From positions 14,198,001-14,262,000 of the forward strand of contig OX597825.1 of the NCBI GenBank assembly GCA_951406725.2: a DNA stretch of 64,000 nucleotides, given 5' to 3'. The notes under the pieces were generated by a model. It ran no database searches. It had not been told where the DNA came from and was given only the letters and a program-made list of their open reading frames with translations. The translations under genes were made by a program, and so were the position numbers. Of the stretch, positions 1 through 15,256 are shown piece by piece (the first letter of the stretch is position 1; every line of letters begins with the position of its first letter). The DNA comes from Octopus vulgaris. Taxonomy: Eukaryota.

Positions 1-89
1 ATGTTTATATATATATATATATGTATATATGCTTAAATATGCATACGAACTTTCCAATACACGGATATGTGTGTTTATATATATTTAAG

Positions 90-130
<41 letters not shown>

Positions 131-280
131 ATTTATATATATATATATACATGTATGTATGTGAGTGTGCGTCACTGTGTTTGTGTGTACACACATGTAC
201 ATGCATACATGATACATACATATATACTTATTAACTCAAATACGCAGGCATACGCATATATTATATGTGTATACATATAA

Positions 281-333
<53 letters not shown>

Positions 334-378
334 TACAGAGAGAGAGAGAGAGAGAGATAGACAGACAGATAGACAGAT

Positions 379-420
<42 letters not shown>

Positions 421-480
421 GGATGGATGGATGGATGGATAGATAGATAGATAGATAGACAGACAGATAGACAGATAGAT

Positions 481-537
<57 letters not shown>

Positions 538-546
538 TATATATAT

Positions 547-635
<89 letters not shown>

Positions 636-1129
636 AAGGAAGATAGATGGCAGTTCAGAAATTAAATTTCGGTTTTGAGGTGATGTGTGTGAAGAACATA
701 AAGCAGAACAGGAAAGCCAGCGTTCATCAAAGTAGACCAAATTTCATTCAATCCGCCTTTTCCCAGTTGCACACTTCAAAATCATACGTCAGATATTAGG
801 AGTTGCAATAATTTATACTTTGTTAAGATTATAAATGTCATGCTTCCTAAACGTACGTTTATTTATGTACGATCTAATATATAAGATGAAATCTATAAAG
901 CATTGTTTGAATGTATACATATGTTCTGATATGAGCTTGCTTCGCTCCGTTTTTCTATAAGTTTACCGGTTAACATTTCTACCTGCCAGTTTCTATTGGT
1001 GTATATTAAAGAACGAAATGAATGTCTTATAACATAGCAATACATTCATCTCTAAGTTTCTTATATTGAAGCAGTATTACAAATTCAATTCTTGTTGCTA
1101 CGGCAGTTATTATTATTGTCATTGTGAAA

Positions 1130-1297
1130 GAGGTGAACTGACAGAAACCATAGCAACTCCGGGTAATATGCTCAGAAGCGTTTCGTCTTTTTTTTACGTC
1201 TGAATTAAAATTCCGTCAAGATCGGATTTTCCTTTTATCCTTTCGTGATCGATAAAATAAGTACCAGTTGAGTACTGGGATCGATGTAATCAGCTGG
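1130..1297 (+). mobile_element. Degenerate SINE family B copy
   Basis: Matches the 49996-50218 copy, including the cctttcgtgatcgataaaataagtaccagtt core; fused at ~1300 to a fragment of the 45808-46342 family. Confidence 0.75.
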
Positions 1298-2354
1298 TGA
1301 TCAGAGATGCACATATCGCCAGTTACTAAGGGACATGCTCAACTGACTACGGTCAAAAAATGACAAGCAAATGTGTGTGGTATTGAGCAGAATATTTGCT
1401 GTAGGCAATCTTTTATACAAAGACAAAGCAATGTACATGAAAAATCTTCCAATGAAGTTAAGGTTAGAAGCCATGGAAAACATATCTGTGCTAGATATAA
1501 TTTTCTCTGCAGATGACTTGGATATTTTATTTCAGATTTTGTATGGTCGCTCTTATTTATTATAAAGGAATTTCCTAGCTTTGGAAATATGCTTCTTGAG
1601 GTGTTTTAATGTATGTCACACATTCTAATTTTCCAGGACAGGTAATGTTTCTTGTGAATGCCAAATACATTTTTGCATTAAGAAACCGAATTATTTAGTG
1701 TTGGCTAACATTCGATGCCTTGGTACAATATGGCGTATCATTTCAGAAATAGATATCACCAGTGACATTTACCACTTACTTACAAGAATTGTAGATACTA
1801 ATGTTATCATTTTGCATCGAAATGAATTAGATATATCATGGAAAACTTAACTTTAAATCTTACTTGTCTGAAAGTTGCTCATGCATTCTAAATATCGTGG
1901 CACTTACCGACTCGCTTTAAATATTTCGACGTATTCGTGATCCATACGCGGCTCGCAAGTCGGTTCCGGCAGATTGGTTGAAATTGTCGGGTCTTTCATT
2001 TATAATTTATAATTCGTTTTTAACTTGAAACTCGAAGGAGTTAAAGCTATAAATAATACCTCATTCGACAATTTGAAAAGTAAGGAAAGCTTGTTGTTTA
2101 CATCAGTTTTCTGCATTATATTTTCTCAAGGGCGTCGACAAGTAGGTTTTGAGTGAACGTGGTAGGCGGAAACTGTGTGGAAGCCTCTTGTGTGTGCATG
2201 TGTGTTTGTGAGTTATATGTGTGTGTGTGTGTATGAGTGTGTGCGAGTTATATATGTGTGTGTGTGTGTATATATGTGTGTGAGTATATGTGTGTGTGTA
2301 TGAGTGTGTGTGTGTATGAGTGTGTGTGTGTGTGTATGAGTGTGTGTGTATGAG

Positions 2355-2405
<51 letters not shown>

Positions 2406-3164
2406 CGCTATTGAGCTAAAATTGTTTTAGATAGAAAATGTCGAAGGCTGCCCGTTTGTCTAATACACACACATATAAACATAACTGACTTTCTAACATT
2501 TGACTGAAGCAATCCTTCGAATTTCTCTTTCGAATTTGGAAGCTCTGTTCTTAAAACGAAAATTCTAAGCTGTTTACGTCGTACAAATGTAGAGTCTTTA
2601 AACTTATGACGTAAACAACACAGTTTATAATATCGGAACTATAGATATTCATTTCAGCGAACCTAGAGATAACGGCTTTGCTTGTAGCTGTCCTCAGGGT
2701 ATGACACATTGATAAGCATATTGCTAAAAGGTCATGCGGAATAATAATACTTTTTTTTTTTATCAAGCTCCATCTCCTTAATCACCTAAAAATATTGTCA
2801 TCTTAAATATGTCTTCCTGTCTATACTTTTCTTTGTCGTCTGTGTTCTTAATGTTGTGGAAGATGTATATTGATTCTAAATATAAAGATTGCTGTATATG
2901 ACGTTCTGTAGTGTTGCTGACAAAAAGAGGATTTGTGTTGAGCTATAGAAGTCTGTTGTCGATGTAAATTATGTTATAGAGCTACTTAAGTTAGGTTGAA
3001 CTGTCGAACTGCATTGTACAGAAGAAAGATCGGTCAATGTGATTGTGACGTCATCTCCTTATAAGGTTTTCTGTGTGTTTTGTGGTGGTTGTAGTCAGGG
3101 TGTTTAGGCAGAAGTTGGAAAGCGTATTATGAGACCATAAAGGGCCAATGTTTAAAGGTACATA

Positions 3165-3380
3165 AGGTAGTGAACTGGCCGAATTATTAGCATACCGGAC
3201 AAAATGCTTAGCTGCATTTCATCCGTCTTTACGCCCTGAGTTCAAATGCTGCCGAGATCGATTGTGACGTTCATCCTATCGTGGTCGATAAAACAAGTAC
3301 CAGTTGAACAGAGGGGTTCATGTAATCGATTGATACTGTCCCCTAGTATTGCTGGTCTCGTGCTAAAACTTGAAACCAAT
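3165..3380 (+). mobile_element. Degenerate SINE family B copy
   Basis: ggtagtgaactggccgaa head, B-box-like gagttcaaat, core catcctatcgtggtcgataaaacaagtaccag. Confidence 0.75.
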
Positions 3381-3744
3381 ATTTAAAGGTGCACGAAACC
3401 TCACGTCCTTCTAATATTGCAATGGGCATTCGAGGTTGTTGTTCATATTTTATATCAAGGATTGCAACCTTTAGGGAAATATTTTGCTACTTCACTTACC
3501 ATTTGTATAACAGTGTTTACACGTGTAGTGAGAGATGTTCGTGAAAACAGTGATTACTTCAGGCCCTAAATGGTGAGGTGTATGTTTGTGATTTCACTTA
3601 ATCCTAATGCTTTTGACCATTTTGTATTTCTCTATTGATATTTAAGTGTCTGATGAAAGGAAGGAACCAATCATAATCTCAGTGGAAAGTGCACCGTTTT
3701 CGTTCTTTGTCCTCGTTCTCTTCTTGTGATTGTTACTGATTTTA

Positions 3745-4310
3745 TTGGGTTGTCCGGAAAGTTCTTGCCGATTCTTAAAAGTAAGAAAAAGGTCAATAAA
3801 TACTTGCCATTACATTTTTAATCAACCAAATATGAACCATTTTGTTGCACAAAGCGTTTCCATCTTTCCTTTAACTTGAAAATACCCTCTTCCCAGAATT
3901 CAGGTGGTTTCATGGCAAGAATTCATCAAGGTATCATTTTACGTCATCGAAGGAATTGAAATTTTTACCATTAAGACTTATTCTGCAGAGACCTGAATAA
4001 GTGGAAATCCGAAGGAGGAATATCTGGTGAATATGGAGGGTGGGGTAACACATCCCAGCCAAGCTGCAGCAATTTTTGTCTGGTTTCCAAAGCATCAAGT
4101 GCCGAAAATGAACTTTCCTATCTTCCATTTTAAAGGGTTACAGAATTAACACAGGTTATAGGAACATAAACCTTCTTCCACGAAAAGATAGCTTAAACTG
4201 TGTTATAAATGGAGCTGTAGTCAAATCCTATTTTATGGACTCAACCATGTTCGAAAATAAGTCGAAATGTAAGCTACTATAAAACGGCACGAACTTTCCG
4301 GACAACCCAA
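3745..4310 (-). mobile_element. Internally deleted mariner transposon (566 bp) with both TIRs
   Basis: TIRs ttgggttgtccggaaagttc(t/g)tgccg at both ends flanked by TA; minus strand encodes N-terminus [14 protein letters not shown] joined directly to C-terminal [23 protein letters not shown]...RWKRFVQQNGSYLVD*. Confidence 0.93.
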
Positions 4311-4857
4311 TATTTCGAGATATGTTTCATAAAGGTGGTGTCACATTACGGATACATAAAATGAGGCTGTTATGGAAACATAGTGTAAGATTCAGTAGCA
4401 TTGTTCTTTCTGAGGCTGCTACATATTCTCTTCTCTGTCTTCTATTGACTTTGTAGTCTGCCTTGAATAATAATATTTGGCTGTTCTTCCGAAGAGTTAT
4501 CGTTGGCTCAACTATCCGAAGCTAATCTATCAATATCATTACAGATGTGGATATATATATATAATATATTTTGTTCTAATTATTAAGGAATTCGCATTTG
4601 TTATCAGCCACAATGTTTTAATACACTGGTGTAACTTCTTTGCATCATTTTAGCTCATTCCATACACAACACTATAGCCATTTGGTATGGCTATATCGAT
4701 TATTATAGTCGTGTCATTTATATTATGGAAAATGATGCCAAGCCTATTATGTGATATCTGGCATTCCATCTCAATACTAAACTTCCATTGGTTCTTCGCA
4801 ATGACATTTTCCATGGCGGGTGGATATTCATCTCAACAATTCTTCTCTACATCATCA

Positions 4858-4951
<94 letters not shown>

Positions 4952-6226
4952 CATTATTATTATTGCAAAATTTAATTTCACAACGGAACCAAGTTGCATT
5001 CATCATGGTTTGTGAATTTCTTTCTCTATTGCCATTTCCTTACGTAATGCTTTTGCAGTGTCTGGTAATGGTAATTCATACTTATCATACATATTACTCT
5101 TATTACGTAATGGACTTCGACGTTGGTGTATATGCAGGACTTCCGTCGTTCACAGATCAACTGCACGCATATGTACAGGCCTGGGAAAGATTTATGAGAT
5201 GAGGACAAGCCTCCTCTCTCTACACCGTTGGTGTTTATTCAAAGGAACGCCTGTCGTCTTCCACTTAGAGGTAATGGCTTTGCTTCTGTTGTCCTTTTCA
5301 CGTTTGTTTTATTGATAAGCGTAATGCTAGAAGTGTTTGCAGAACAAGAAGACCTTTCATGATCAAAATCCATTTCTTTAATCCTCTAAAATTATAGTTA
5401 TCATAAATATGTCTTCCCGTTTTTTGCTTTACCTTGCAAGTTGCCTTACTCGATTCTCGAATAGAGCCCTTAATCTATTGCTCGTGATTGCTCCTTTTTA
5501 AAATTTTTTTTTAAGCATCGTATGTGTGAAAGACAAAATTCCCTTCATGGGGATTACAACTCAGATGTCAACCAATTATAACAGGATGAGAGTTCAGGAA
5601 TACTGGAGGGGTGTCTAGTCTTATCTTGTCACATACAAGTCGAAGAAAAGGGACCAAAAATCCGGCTGTCTTCAATAACAATAAATAGTACTTTAGTCTT
5701 CGGGTTCACAGGTAAAATATAGACATATATATTTCTTGTGGGGAAACCGGCAGCCGAGTCCACAGGACTGTTTACAATTTTCCCTCAGGCGAGCCAAGAA
5801 GATACGGGGTTCGTTCCCGCTTCGAAGAGAACGAATAACACGTGGAATTCTGTCTAACATACGAAATCTTCTGCCAGTTCGCTACAGTCCATACATGTAT
5901 ACATATATGGAAACATACATACACAGAACTATACATACATATAGGAAAACACACACACATAGAACTAAACTACATACATACATGCAAGCATACACCGGCT
6001 CTCACTAATGACCAAAATAGTATTTTGTGTGTGTGTGTCTGTGTGTTTTTTTTTTTTGCGTGCGTCTATGTCTATCGATATATGCTTGTGTATAGTGTGC
6101 AGAAGGGTCTATTATTGAAGCTGTCTCCATCTGAAGCGCATCTGTATATTCCAGTACGAATGCAGAAGTTGTAGTTTCAATGAGAAAGTCATAAACGGAA
6201 GTTTTGAAGTTGAAATTCTGTTGTAT

Positions 6227-6496
6227 AGGCGTAGGAGTGGCTGTGTGGTAAGTAGCTTGCTTACGAACCACATGGTTCCGGGTTCAGTCCCACTGTGTGG
6301 CACCTTGGGCAAGTGTCTTTTGCTATAGCCTCGGGCCGACCAAAGCCTTGTGAGTGGATTTGGTAGATGGAAACTGAAAGAAGCCCGTCGTATACATGTA
6401 TATTTATGTGTGTGCGTTTGTGTGTCTGTGTTTGTCCCCCACCAAATCGTTTGACAACCGATGGTGGTGTGTTTACGTCCCCGTAACTCAGTGGTT
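6227..6496 (+). mobile_element. SINE family A (tRNA-derived, internal microsatellite), 3' truncated
   Basis: Head ggcgtaggagtggctgtgtggtaag with A/B-box-like motifs; matches copies at 16896, 19213, 32693, 59233. Confidence 0.9.
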
Positions 6497-6823
6497 ACAC
6501 TTGTACACTTGTGTGCCGCTCATACACTCCTCTTCGAACACTTTCTGCAACATTGCGTAGGCCTCTGAGCAGGTATCACCAACCTTTTGGTAAAACGTGA
6601 TGCAAATTCTCTACTCAACTTTCTCTCTCATGGTCAATGCGACGACCACACGCTACACACCTTCCTTCGATGCACTGCAGTAACCAGCAGTAGCACGCTA
6701 GAACGTTAACTCTTAGAGCGAATGCACAGCAGTGTTGCAGGTCAATCTGTACCAAGCAGCTTTACTCTGCGTGCTTTAGCTTCGTTACTGTGACCAGCCC
6801 GGATACTTCCTGATCAGACCATG
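6497..6823 (-). mobile_element. Mariner 5' fragment
   Basis: TA then TIR-like catggtctgatcaggaagtatccgg; from 6631 MREKVE*RICITFYQKVGDTCSEAYAMLQKVFEEECMSGTQVYK, a mariner N-terminal HTH with a stop. Confidence 0.82.
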
Positions 6824-7467
6824 TATAATAACTTCATACTGATATCACAGAAAGAGGGGCTCTTAAACTGTGACTTACAGGTTCTCTACGTGTATATAAC
6901 TATTATGAATATATTATATTTATAATATTATTATAATAATTTATACTCATAATGTATTTCATATACTATAAATGAAAGGCGTAACACGGGTTTTAAAATG
7001 TTTCCTGTCTTTCTATCAATATTTATATAAAGTATGCTAACTTAGCTCTTGCTTTTCACGAGGATGATGTGTCTGAGTAATTAAAGACACTATTTTATTT
7101 TGTTTTAATTAGCTTTTATAATAGACACTATTTACGTACCAATCTTGAAATTCTCAATATCTCTTATTTCACATCCCGAGGGTTGTGTCGTGACTCGATG
7201 ATATTAGCAAATTTCATGAGTTCTTTTTTAAGAGATGTTTTCGATCATTTTGAGTGATATGCACATACATACATACATAAATATATACATACACACATAC
7301 ATACACACACATATACACACACATGTATATGTATGTATATGTACGTACGTATATACGTACATATATATTTCTATTTGTATCTGTGTGTGTGTGGATGTAT
7401 ATCTGTATACGTATAGATGCATGCACACTCACACATATATGTGTCTATTTCGTAAGAAGATTCTTTC

Positions 7468-7822
7468 CTAACCACATGGTTCTGGGTTCGGCCTCACTAC
7501 GTGGCACTTTGATCTAGTGTTTTCTACTATACCCTCGGGCCGACCAAAGTTTTGACGATGGAGTTGGTATACGGATACTGAAAGAAGCCCATCACATATA
7601 TACATATATATATGTGTGTATATATATATATAGATATAGATATAGATAGATAGATAGAAGAAGAGTTCTTTCAGTTTCTGTCTACCAAATCCTCTCACAA
7701 GTCTTTGCTCGGCCCCAAGCTATAATAGAAGACACAGCCCCAAGGTGCCACGCAGTGGGATTCAATCAGAGACCATGTGGTTGCGAAGTAAACTTCATGC
7801 CTCACTGCCACGCCTGCGCCTC
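7468..7822. mobile_element. Two SINE family A 5' halves in opposite orientation around a (TA)n tract
   Basis: 7468-7590 plus and 7660-7822 minus both match the family A head. Confidence 0.8.
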
Positions 7823-8499
7823 TGTGCATAAATCCATTTGTGATCACAGAGAAAATATCGTATGGGCAATTTGGCCAAATTTAAATTTAGTACAACCAAC
7901 CATCAAAAATATTTACTCTGAAATCGATATCCATATTCACTAATTATAATATTTTAACAAAAAAATATCCTCACATAATTTTGAATTGACATTTTCTATC
8001 CTCAAAATGAAAAATACTTCGTTTAGATTTGCATAGAAATTTATGAAGAAAAAGAATGGTTGCCGCTTAAGACATGCTTGTGGTACTCAATAGAAATACT
8101 CAGTAAAATACTAAAAGTGGATTTGGGGACTTGACACAAGATTTGGGGACTTGATTTATGTGTTTATTTTGCTTATAAATCCGCTAAGTATACACAGTTA
8201 ATATCGATCATGTTCAGCATCTCTGGTCTTTGAGGCTCTTCCATTAATTAAGATACCACGTCTCAGTATTGTTTTTATGAGACGTATAATATTCTCTCCG
8301 CTTGGCGTGTCTCTGGACTAAATACTAATAATTAATCACATATTAATTAAAAGGAACCTATAATAATATCATCTAAGAAATTTTTTGTTAGGGCAGCTAA
8401 ATATTGGTTTCGGCAACTAGCAAATTATCTCGTTGCAATATCCACTCTATTATATGTAATTATAACTTAATTAACCATATGAATGCTATGATTACACTG

Positions 8500-8810
8500 G
8501 CATTTCGTCGGTTGTGATGACAAGGGTTTTAATGGATCCTATAAAGGGAACAGCCTGCTTCTGGAATTAACGTGCAAGTGGCTGAGAACTCCACAGACAG
8601 ACGTAGCCTTATTGTTGTTCTCAAACAGTCACAGCGTGACACAGAAGGTAAAACAAAGCTGGCCCTTTGAAATACAGGTACAATTCATTTTCTCATTTGA
8701 GTAAACTGAAGCAACGTGAAATAAAGTGTTTTGATCAAGGGCACAACATCCCACTAGATATCGAACCCATGAGCCGAAATCCCTAACCACTTAGCCACAC
8801 ACCTTCACTA
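8500..8810 (-). mobile_element. tRNA-derived SINE (third family), degenerate
   Basis: Minus-strand head gtgtggctaagtggttaggg...gggttcgata and cactttatttcacgttgcttcagt core. Confidence 0.65.
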
Positions 8811-9840
8811 TGACTGCATTCGTAATCACTTGGCTGATTAAATCAAATGATTTGTTTCACATACACTTAGTTATCTTTCCATATAAAGTTACATGATGAA
8901 TGTCAGAAATATGCCTACATATTTCGAGTCACGGGTAACCAAGTCTTACTTTCAGATACAACTAGTTTGCATACTTTATGACGTTAGTTAATCGCATTTC
9001 CCTACCTTTAATTCTCCGAACTTGTGGCTAAGTAACCAATATTATTGATGGTAATTCTTTCTTGAAATGTTACTGTTTAGTTAATGTGCTGCTGAAGTGT
9101 TCCTATTTTAACAGACTAAGTGTTATGGCGTAGAAGCTAATACCAGATGAGCTGTATTTAACTTGCAACGGAAACACCATCTTTCTTAACGGTAATATCC
9201 TACGGGGAAAATATTTTAGTTGAAATTTCCTATAACTCTTCTCATATTAGTACAGTCCATTCCATGTAGAAGCAGAAATATGTCTTGGGAATTAATTATA
9301 ATTTCCGATATGGTTGACTCTCAAACGTATTTTTATTATAGGAAAATGGTATTCTTTACGTGTGTTAGTAGTAAATTCTCCAACATGGAGAAAATCTAAT
9401 CGATTCTTTTGCTTAAATGGCATAGAGAGAGAAATAGTTAGAAAGAGAGTGAAAGAGAGATAGAAGGGGTTAATAGTTAACATTTACTGTTTCTAGGGGT
9501 TCGTGTTAGTTTATATACGGCTGTGTCGAAAAGTATGACATATCGTGTTTAGTAGGTAATTATAATACTATCGATTACACATCGTGTTTCAGTATGGTTC
9601 ATATAACATTCCAAACAAATAATTTTTTTCGCCTCTTCATTTTGTTCTGTCGCGATCGTTTCAAACGTGTTGAAATCACCAGGAAGTTTTAATTTCAAAT
9701 ACAACAGATTCATTGTAACGACGCTTCGACTGCCCGCAGAGAAGAGATATAAATTCTAATTTCACAAATACACAACTATTGTAACTTGTCAAAATGGAAC
9801 AAATTCTTATTTTAAAGTATAATTATTCTTCAATATACTT

Positions 9841-10394
<554 letters not shown>

Positions 10395-10544
10395 ATCTAT
10401 CTATCTATCTATCTGTCTGTCTATCTATCTATCTCTGTCTGTCTATCCACATGCGTATACATATATACATACTTGAAGAGGTAGCTTCTTTCGACGAACC
10501 TACGAAGCTCTAATTCTTTTAGACTAGAGTCAAACTACTATTAA

Positions 10545-10593
<49 letters not shown>

Positions 10594-11291
10594 GTAATTG
10601 TATTTATATATGTATTGCTATGTGTATATATATATATATATATATACATATATACATGTATGTATGTATATATATACATACATACAAGTACGTATATATA
10701 TATATAAGAAATTAAAGAAGAAAAATGCACACACTTTACATAGCTTTAATATATTGTGTTTGACGACCGGTTTCGCTTTCGCTAATCATGACATTAAAAT
10801 TTATTTAACCACCTATTTTCTTTAGAAAAAGTTTTTTACACACACACACAGATTTCAATGAACAAAATTATAGATGTTGCATCAATATTAACGATACCAT
10901 AAATGCAATATGGTGATCTCTGTGCAACAAATATTTGAAATCACAAGGTTAATATAAGTGCAGATAGGCCACGTAGTAAAAAGTTTTCTTCCCAATGTCA
11001 TTACCACGCGTTCAGTCCCACTGCGTGGTACTTTGGGCAACAGGTTTCTACTATACATCGGGCAAACACGAGCCTTGTGAGTGGATTGAATAGGCAGAAA
11101 GAAATCTGTCGAATACATATATACATACATACATACATACATACATACATACATACATACATACATACATACATACATACATACAATCATACATAAAAAC
11201 ATACATACATAAATACATACAATCATACATACAAACATACATACATACATACATACATGCATACATATATTTACATATACTTATCTATATA

Positions 11292-11372
<81 letters not shown>

Positions 11373-11623
11373 ACATACATATACACACACACATATATAC
11401 ATATTGATGATCTACCCGATGCCAATGGATACAACGAACTATACTGTAATCAGCGCAGGAATACGAATTGTGATCTTAAGAGACACGTGACTTGCAGAAA
11501 CGCGCGTAGCGATGCATTAAGATCTTATAAATTTCCTACAAGGATTGTTGTTAGAATTACTATATATATATATATATATATATGTGTGTATATATATATA
11601 TAGATATATAGATATGTGTGTAT

Positions 11624-11736
11624 GCCCCGGTAGCACAATCGGTTAGCGCGCCGTACTTATAGACAGTACCTTCCTTGTGTTACATCACAAGTCGGGAGAT
11701 ATGCGGAGGTTGTGAGTTCGAGCCTCACCCGGGGCA
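11624..11736 (+). tRNA. tRNA-Ile(TAT) with 39-nt intron (11662-11700)
   Basis: Acceptor stem GCCCCGG/CCGGGGC plus A discriminator; anticodon stem CCGTA/TGCGG with TAT at 11658-11660; T arm GTGAG-TTCGAGC-CTCAC; intron one base 3' of the anticodon; one A-C mismatch in the D stem. Confidence 0.93.
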
Positions 11737-11746
11737 GCGGTATCTC

Positions 11747-11752
11747 TTTTTT
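11747..11752 (+). terminator. Pol III terminator (T6)
   Basis: TTTTTT 10 nt downstream of the tRNA 3' end. Confidence 0.75.
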
Positions 11753-11939
11753 AAGTTGTTGTGAACCTGAGCATTGTATACAATAATTTCATTATTATTA
11801 TTTTTAACATTTTTATTATATCAATGTGTGTGTGTGTTTGTGTGGATATATATATATATATGTGTATGTATGTGTGTATATAGATAGATTAATAGACCCA
11901 TAGGTTGATAGATATAGATACATATATATACTTATGAAT

Positions 11940-12210
11940 ATATAATAATTTAATAAATAAAATATATGCATACATACATACACATATGTATGTATCTACA
12001 TCTACATGTATATATAAATGCATGTATATATATATATATATATATATGAGTACAGGACACCACAAATAGACGTAGAACTCAACGAGAAACGAAAACATAA
12101 AAACATGGAAACGGACTTTTTTAACAACGAAAAAACAGAGTACGAGACAAACAATACAAGGAATATTCCCCTTCATCAGCTGTCCCCGGTTCGACTCCAT
12201 GCGTGTTTCT
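11940..12210. repeat. Unclassified dispersed repeat (also ~55895-56310 and, inverted, ~22790-22950)
   Basis: Shared gagtacaggacaccacaaata...ggaatattccccttcatcagctg and shared adjacent low-complexity segment. Confidence 0.8.
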
Positions 12211-12255
12211 TTTCTCCAAGTAAGTTTTTATATGTATATATATATCTATCTATCT

Positions 12256-12997
12256 ATGTAAAGTATAGAAGCCATCTTATCATGGCTAATCACATTGGGG
12301 AGGGGGTTGTTACTGTAGCTTTATAGCCCCTAGAAATCTTCGTCTCTAGCTGGCTCTAAACACAATATCTGTGTCTTTGGAGTATTTGCAATGGGAGGCC
12401 ATCCCTTCCTCGCAAGCCTGAGTGATACGCTCGAACTAGTTTCGGGATGGTTGTCCCTCGTCAACGGGCGGTAACCACCAGGTAGCGATGAATGTGAAGG
12501 CTCCTTTGCAAATAGATATGTTTTTCTAATGGCATCTGCCACTGATGTCGAAAAACGAACGGTAAGCATAATTAAATCTCAGAATGAGATTGAAACAGTA
12601 ATCGCTCGATAATGTAAAGTATAGAAGCCATCTTATCATGGCAAACCATATTGGGGGGGGGGGGTGTTACTGTAGCTTTATAGCCCCAAGAGATCTTCGT
12701 CTCTAGCTGGCTCTAAACACAATATCTGTGTCTACCGCCCGTTGACGAGGGACAACCATCCCGAAACTAGTTCGAGCGTATCACTCAGGCTTGCGAGGAA
12801 GGGATGGCCTCCCTTTGCAAATACTCCAAAGACACAGATATTGTGTTTAGAGCCAGCTAGAGACGAAGATCTCTTGGGGCTATAAAGCTACAGTAACAAC
12901 CCCCTCCCCAATGTGGTTAGCCATGATAAGATGGCTTCTATACTTTACATTATCGAGCGATTACTGTTTCAATCTCATTCTGAGATTTAATTATGCT
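12256..12997. mobile_element. Penelope-like/retrozyme element: 356-bp tandem unit plus inverted arm, two hammerhead motifs
   Basis: atgtaaagtatagaagcc recurs at 12256 and 12612; 12733-12997 is an inverted copy; hammerhead motifs at 12428-12470 (-) and 12736-12778 (+). Confidence 0.8.
12736..12778 (+). ncRNA. Minimal type I hammerhead ribozyme motif, U3 variant
   Basis: CGCCCG-TTGACGA-GGGA(caacca)TCCC-GAAACTAGTT-CGAGCG; stem III palindrome ACTAGT. Confidence 0.7.
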
Positions 12998-13010
12998 ATC
13001 TATCTATCTA

Positions 13011-13061
<51 letters not shown>

Positions 13062-14286
13062 ATGTGTGTGTGTGTGTGTATTTATGTATTAAATATTTGT
13101 GTACATGTACGTATATTTGTGTGTGTGTGTGTGTGTGTGTGTGTCTTAATGTCTTAGTGTGTTTGTGTTTGTGCTTGTCCCCACCACCGCTTCGCAACTT
13201 ACAGGCTGAGCATAAGAGACCGATAGAATAGGCTTTAAAGAAATAATCACGATTCGATGGACGAAAACACTTCAAGGCGGGATCCAGCTTGGCCGCAATG
13301 CAATGACGAAAACCAGTAACAGAACGACATTGCAAAGAAGATACACAGCTAAGACACTACAAGACGTTTTCTTAGCCACTTCTTTGTTTTTACTAATTCT
13401 TTATAAAAAAAGAGAAAGAAAAATGTACTTATAAGTATAAATAAACATTTCCATTGTACAATGGAATGCGGAGACTGTTGTTGAAACATAGAGACAACTT
13501 AATGGTTATTACTGCATAGGAAAAATAAAATAAACGTCTAGGAACAAGGAAAAGAAAATAACAATAGCGTCTCTTAAGATCATGAGCATCTTGAAATGCC
13601 CCACTCACCTCTCTCTTTGTGCGTCTGTAAGTGAGTGTGCATATACGAATGAATGTATGTCATTATTCAGTTTATTTCAAGATTTCTTGCCAAATTATAG
13701 AAAGAACTGGTTTCTAACCTAGTTCCAAGGCACCTTCATTGGACTTTGAACATCAACAGGGTGTTTTTGTTTGTATGTATATATATATATATATGTATGT
13801 ATATAAGTATGTATGTATGTATGTATGTATGTATGTATGTATGTATGTATGTATGTATGGATGGATGGATGGATGGATGGATGGATGGATGGATGGATGG
13901 ATGGATGCATGTATGTATTCTCATGCACGTAGTTGCTTATCTAGACATGCTCATATATATATATATATATATATATTTCAATGATAGATTTCTATGTTTG
14001 TATATGAATGTATAAATGTTCATATACACAGATGTTTATGGGTATATATAAACACATATACATACACATTTTTCTAAAGACATGTATGTATGTATGTATA
14101 TTTACATATATACATATTTTTATAAATGTATACACACCACACATGTATATATGTATATATAAATATAGACACGCAAATATATATATATATGTATATATAC
14201 ATATGTATATGTATATAAATCTATATATACATACATATATATGTATGTATGTGTGTATGTATATACACATTGTTATTAATGTATAT

Positions 14287-14445
14287 AGGAGTGGCTGTGT
14301 GGCAAGAAATTTGCTTTCCCAGCACATGATTCCAGGTTGTGTCCCACGGTGGGACACTTTATGTGGGTGTCTTCTACTATAGTCTCGGCCCGATCAAAAC
14401 CTTTTGAGTATATCTGGTAGACTGAAACTGAAAGAAGCCCCTCGT
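14287..14445 (+). mobile_element. SINE family A 5' half
   Basis: aggagtggctgtgtggcaag...gaaactgaaagaagccc. Confidence 0.8.
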
Positions 14446-15192
14446 ATATATATATATATACATGTATATATATGAATAAATTTTATGATATCCGTATATA
14501 CTATATGCATATTTTTGCACTGTAATATGCATAACTGAGTTATATATACATGCGTAGATATACATAATACATACACATATATGCATACACGCATGGTCAC
14601 TTACACATGCTTATAAAACTACATATATATACACATGTCTGTGTGTGTGTGTGTGTGTGTGTGTATGCTCTAAACATTCTTTCCTTGTATCATACTTATT
14701 CACGCACATACACACACAGACACACAAACAGACACACTCACACACGCACAGACACAGACATATAACCTACTCTGAAAATATGGAATCCATGATGAGAGAG
14801 AAGAAAAAACAACAAATATAACAACATATATAACCACATTATCCGACCCGGAGTAATAAGGATAATGCGTACTTTAAACGAAATACAGACAAAATTGCGA
14901 AAAATATACCATGAACTAAATCACCTCACCGGATGTCAACATTAAATTGATTTTCATCTACTCTTCTCTAAGTCTCATCTCAAAGCAAAGAAAAAACAAA
15001 ACAAGGAAAAACAAAACAAAATTAAATAATAAAAGACAAAAAAAACCCAAGTAATTTACGTCTGAAAGCAGAGGAAAAATGGGTAGAGATAGACACATAG
15101 ATAGATAGAGAGATAGATAGATAGATATATAGATAGATAGATAGATAGGTAAATAGATAGATAGAAAGATAGATAGATTAATAGATATATAA

Positions 15193-15256
<64 letters not shown>

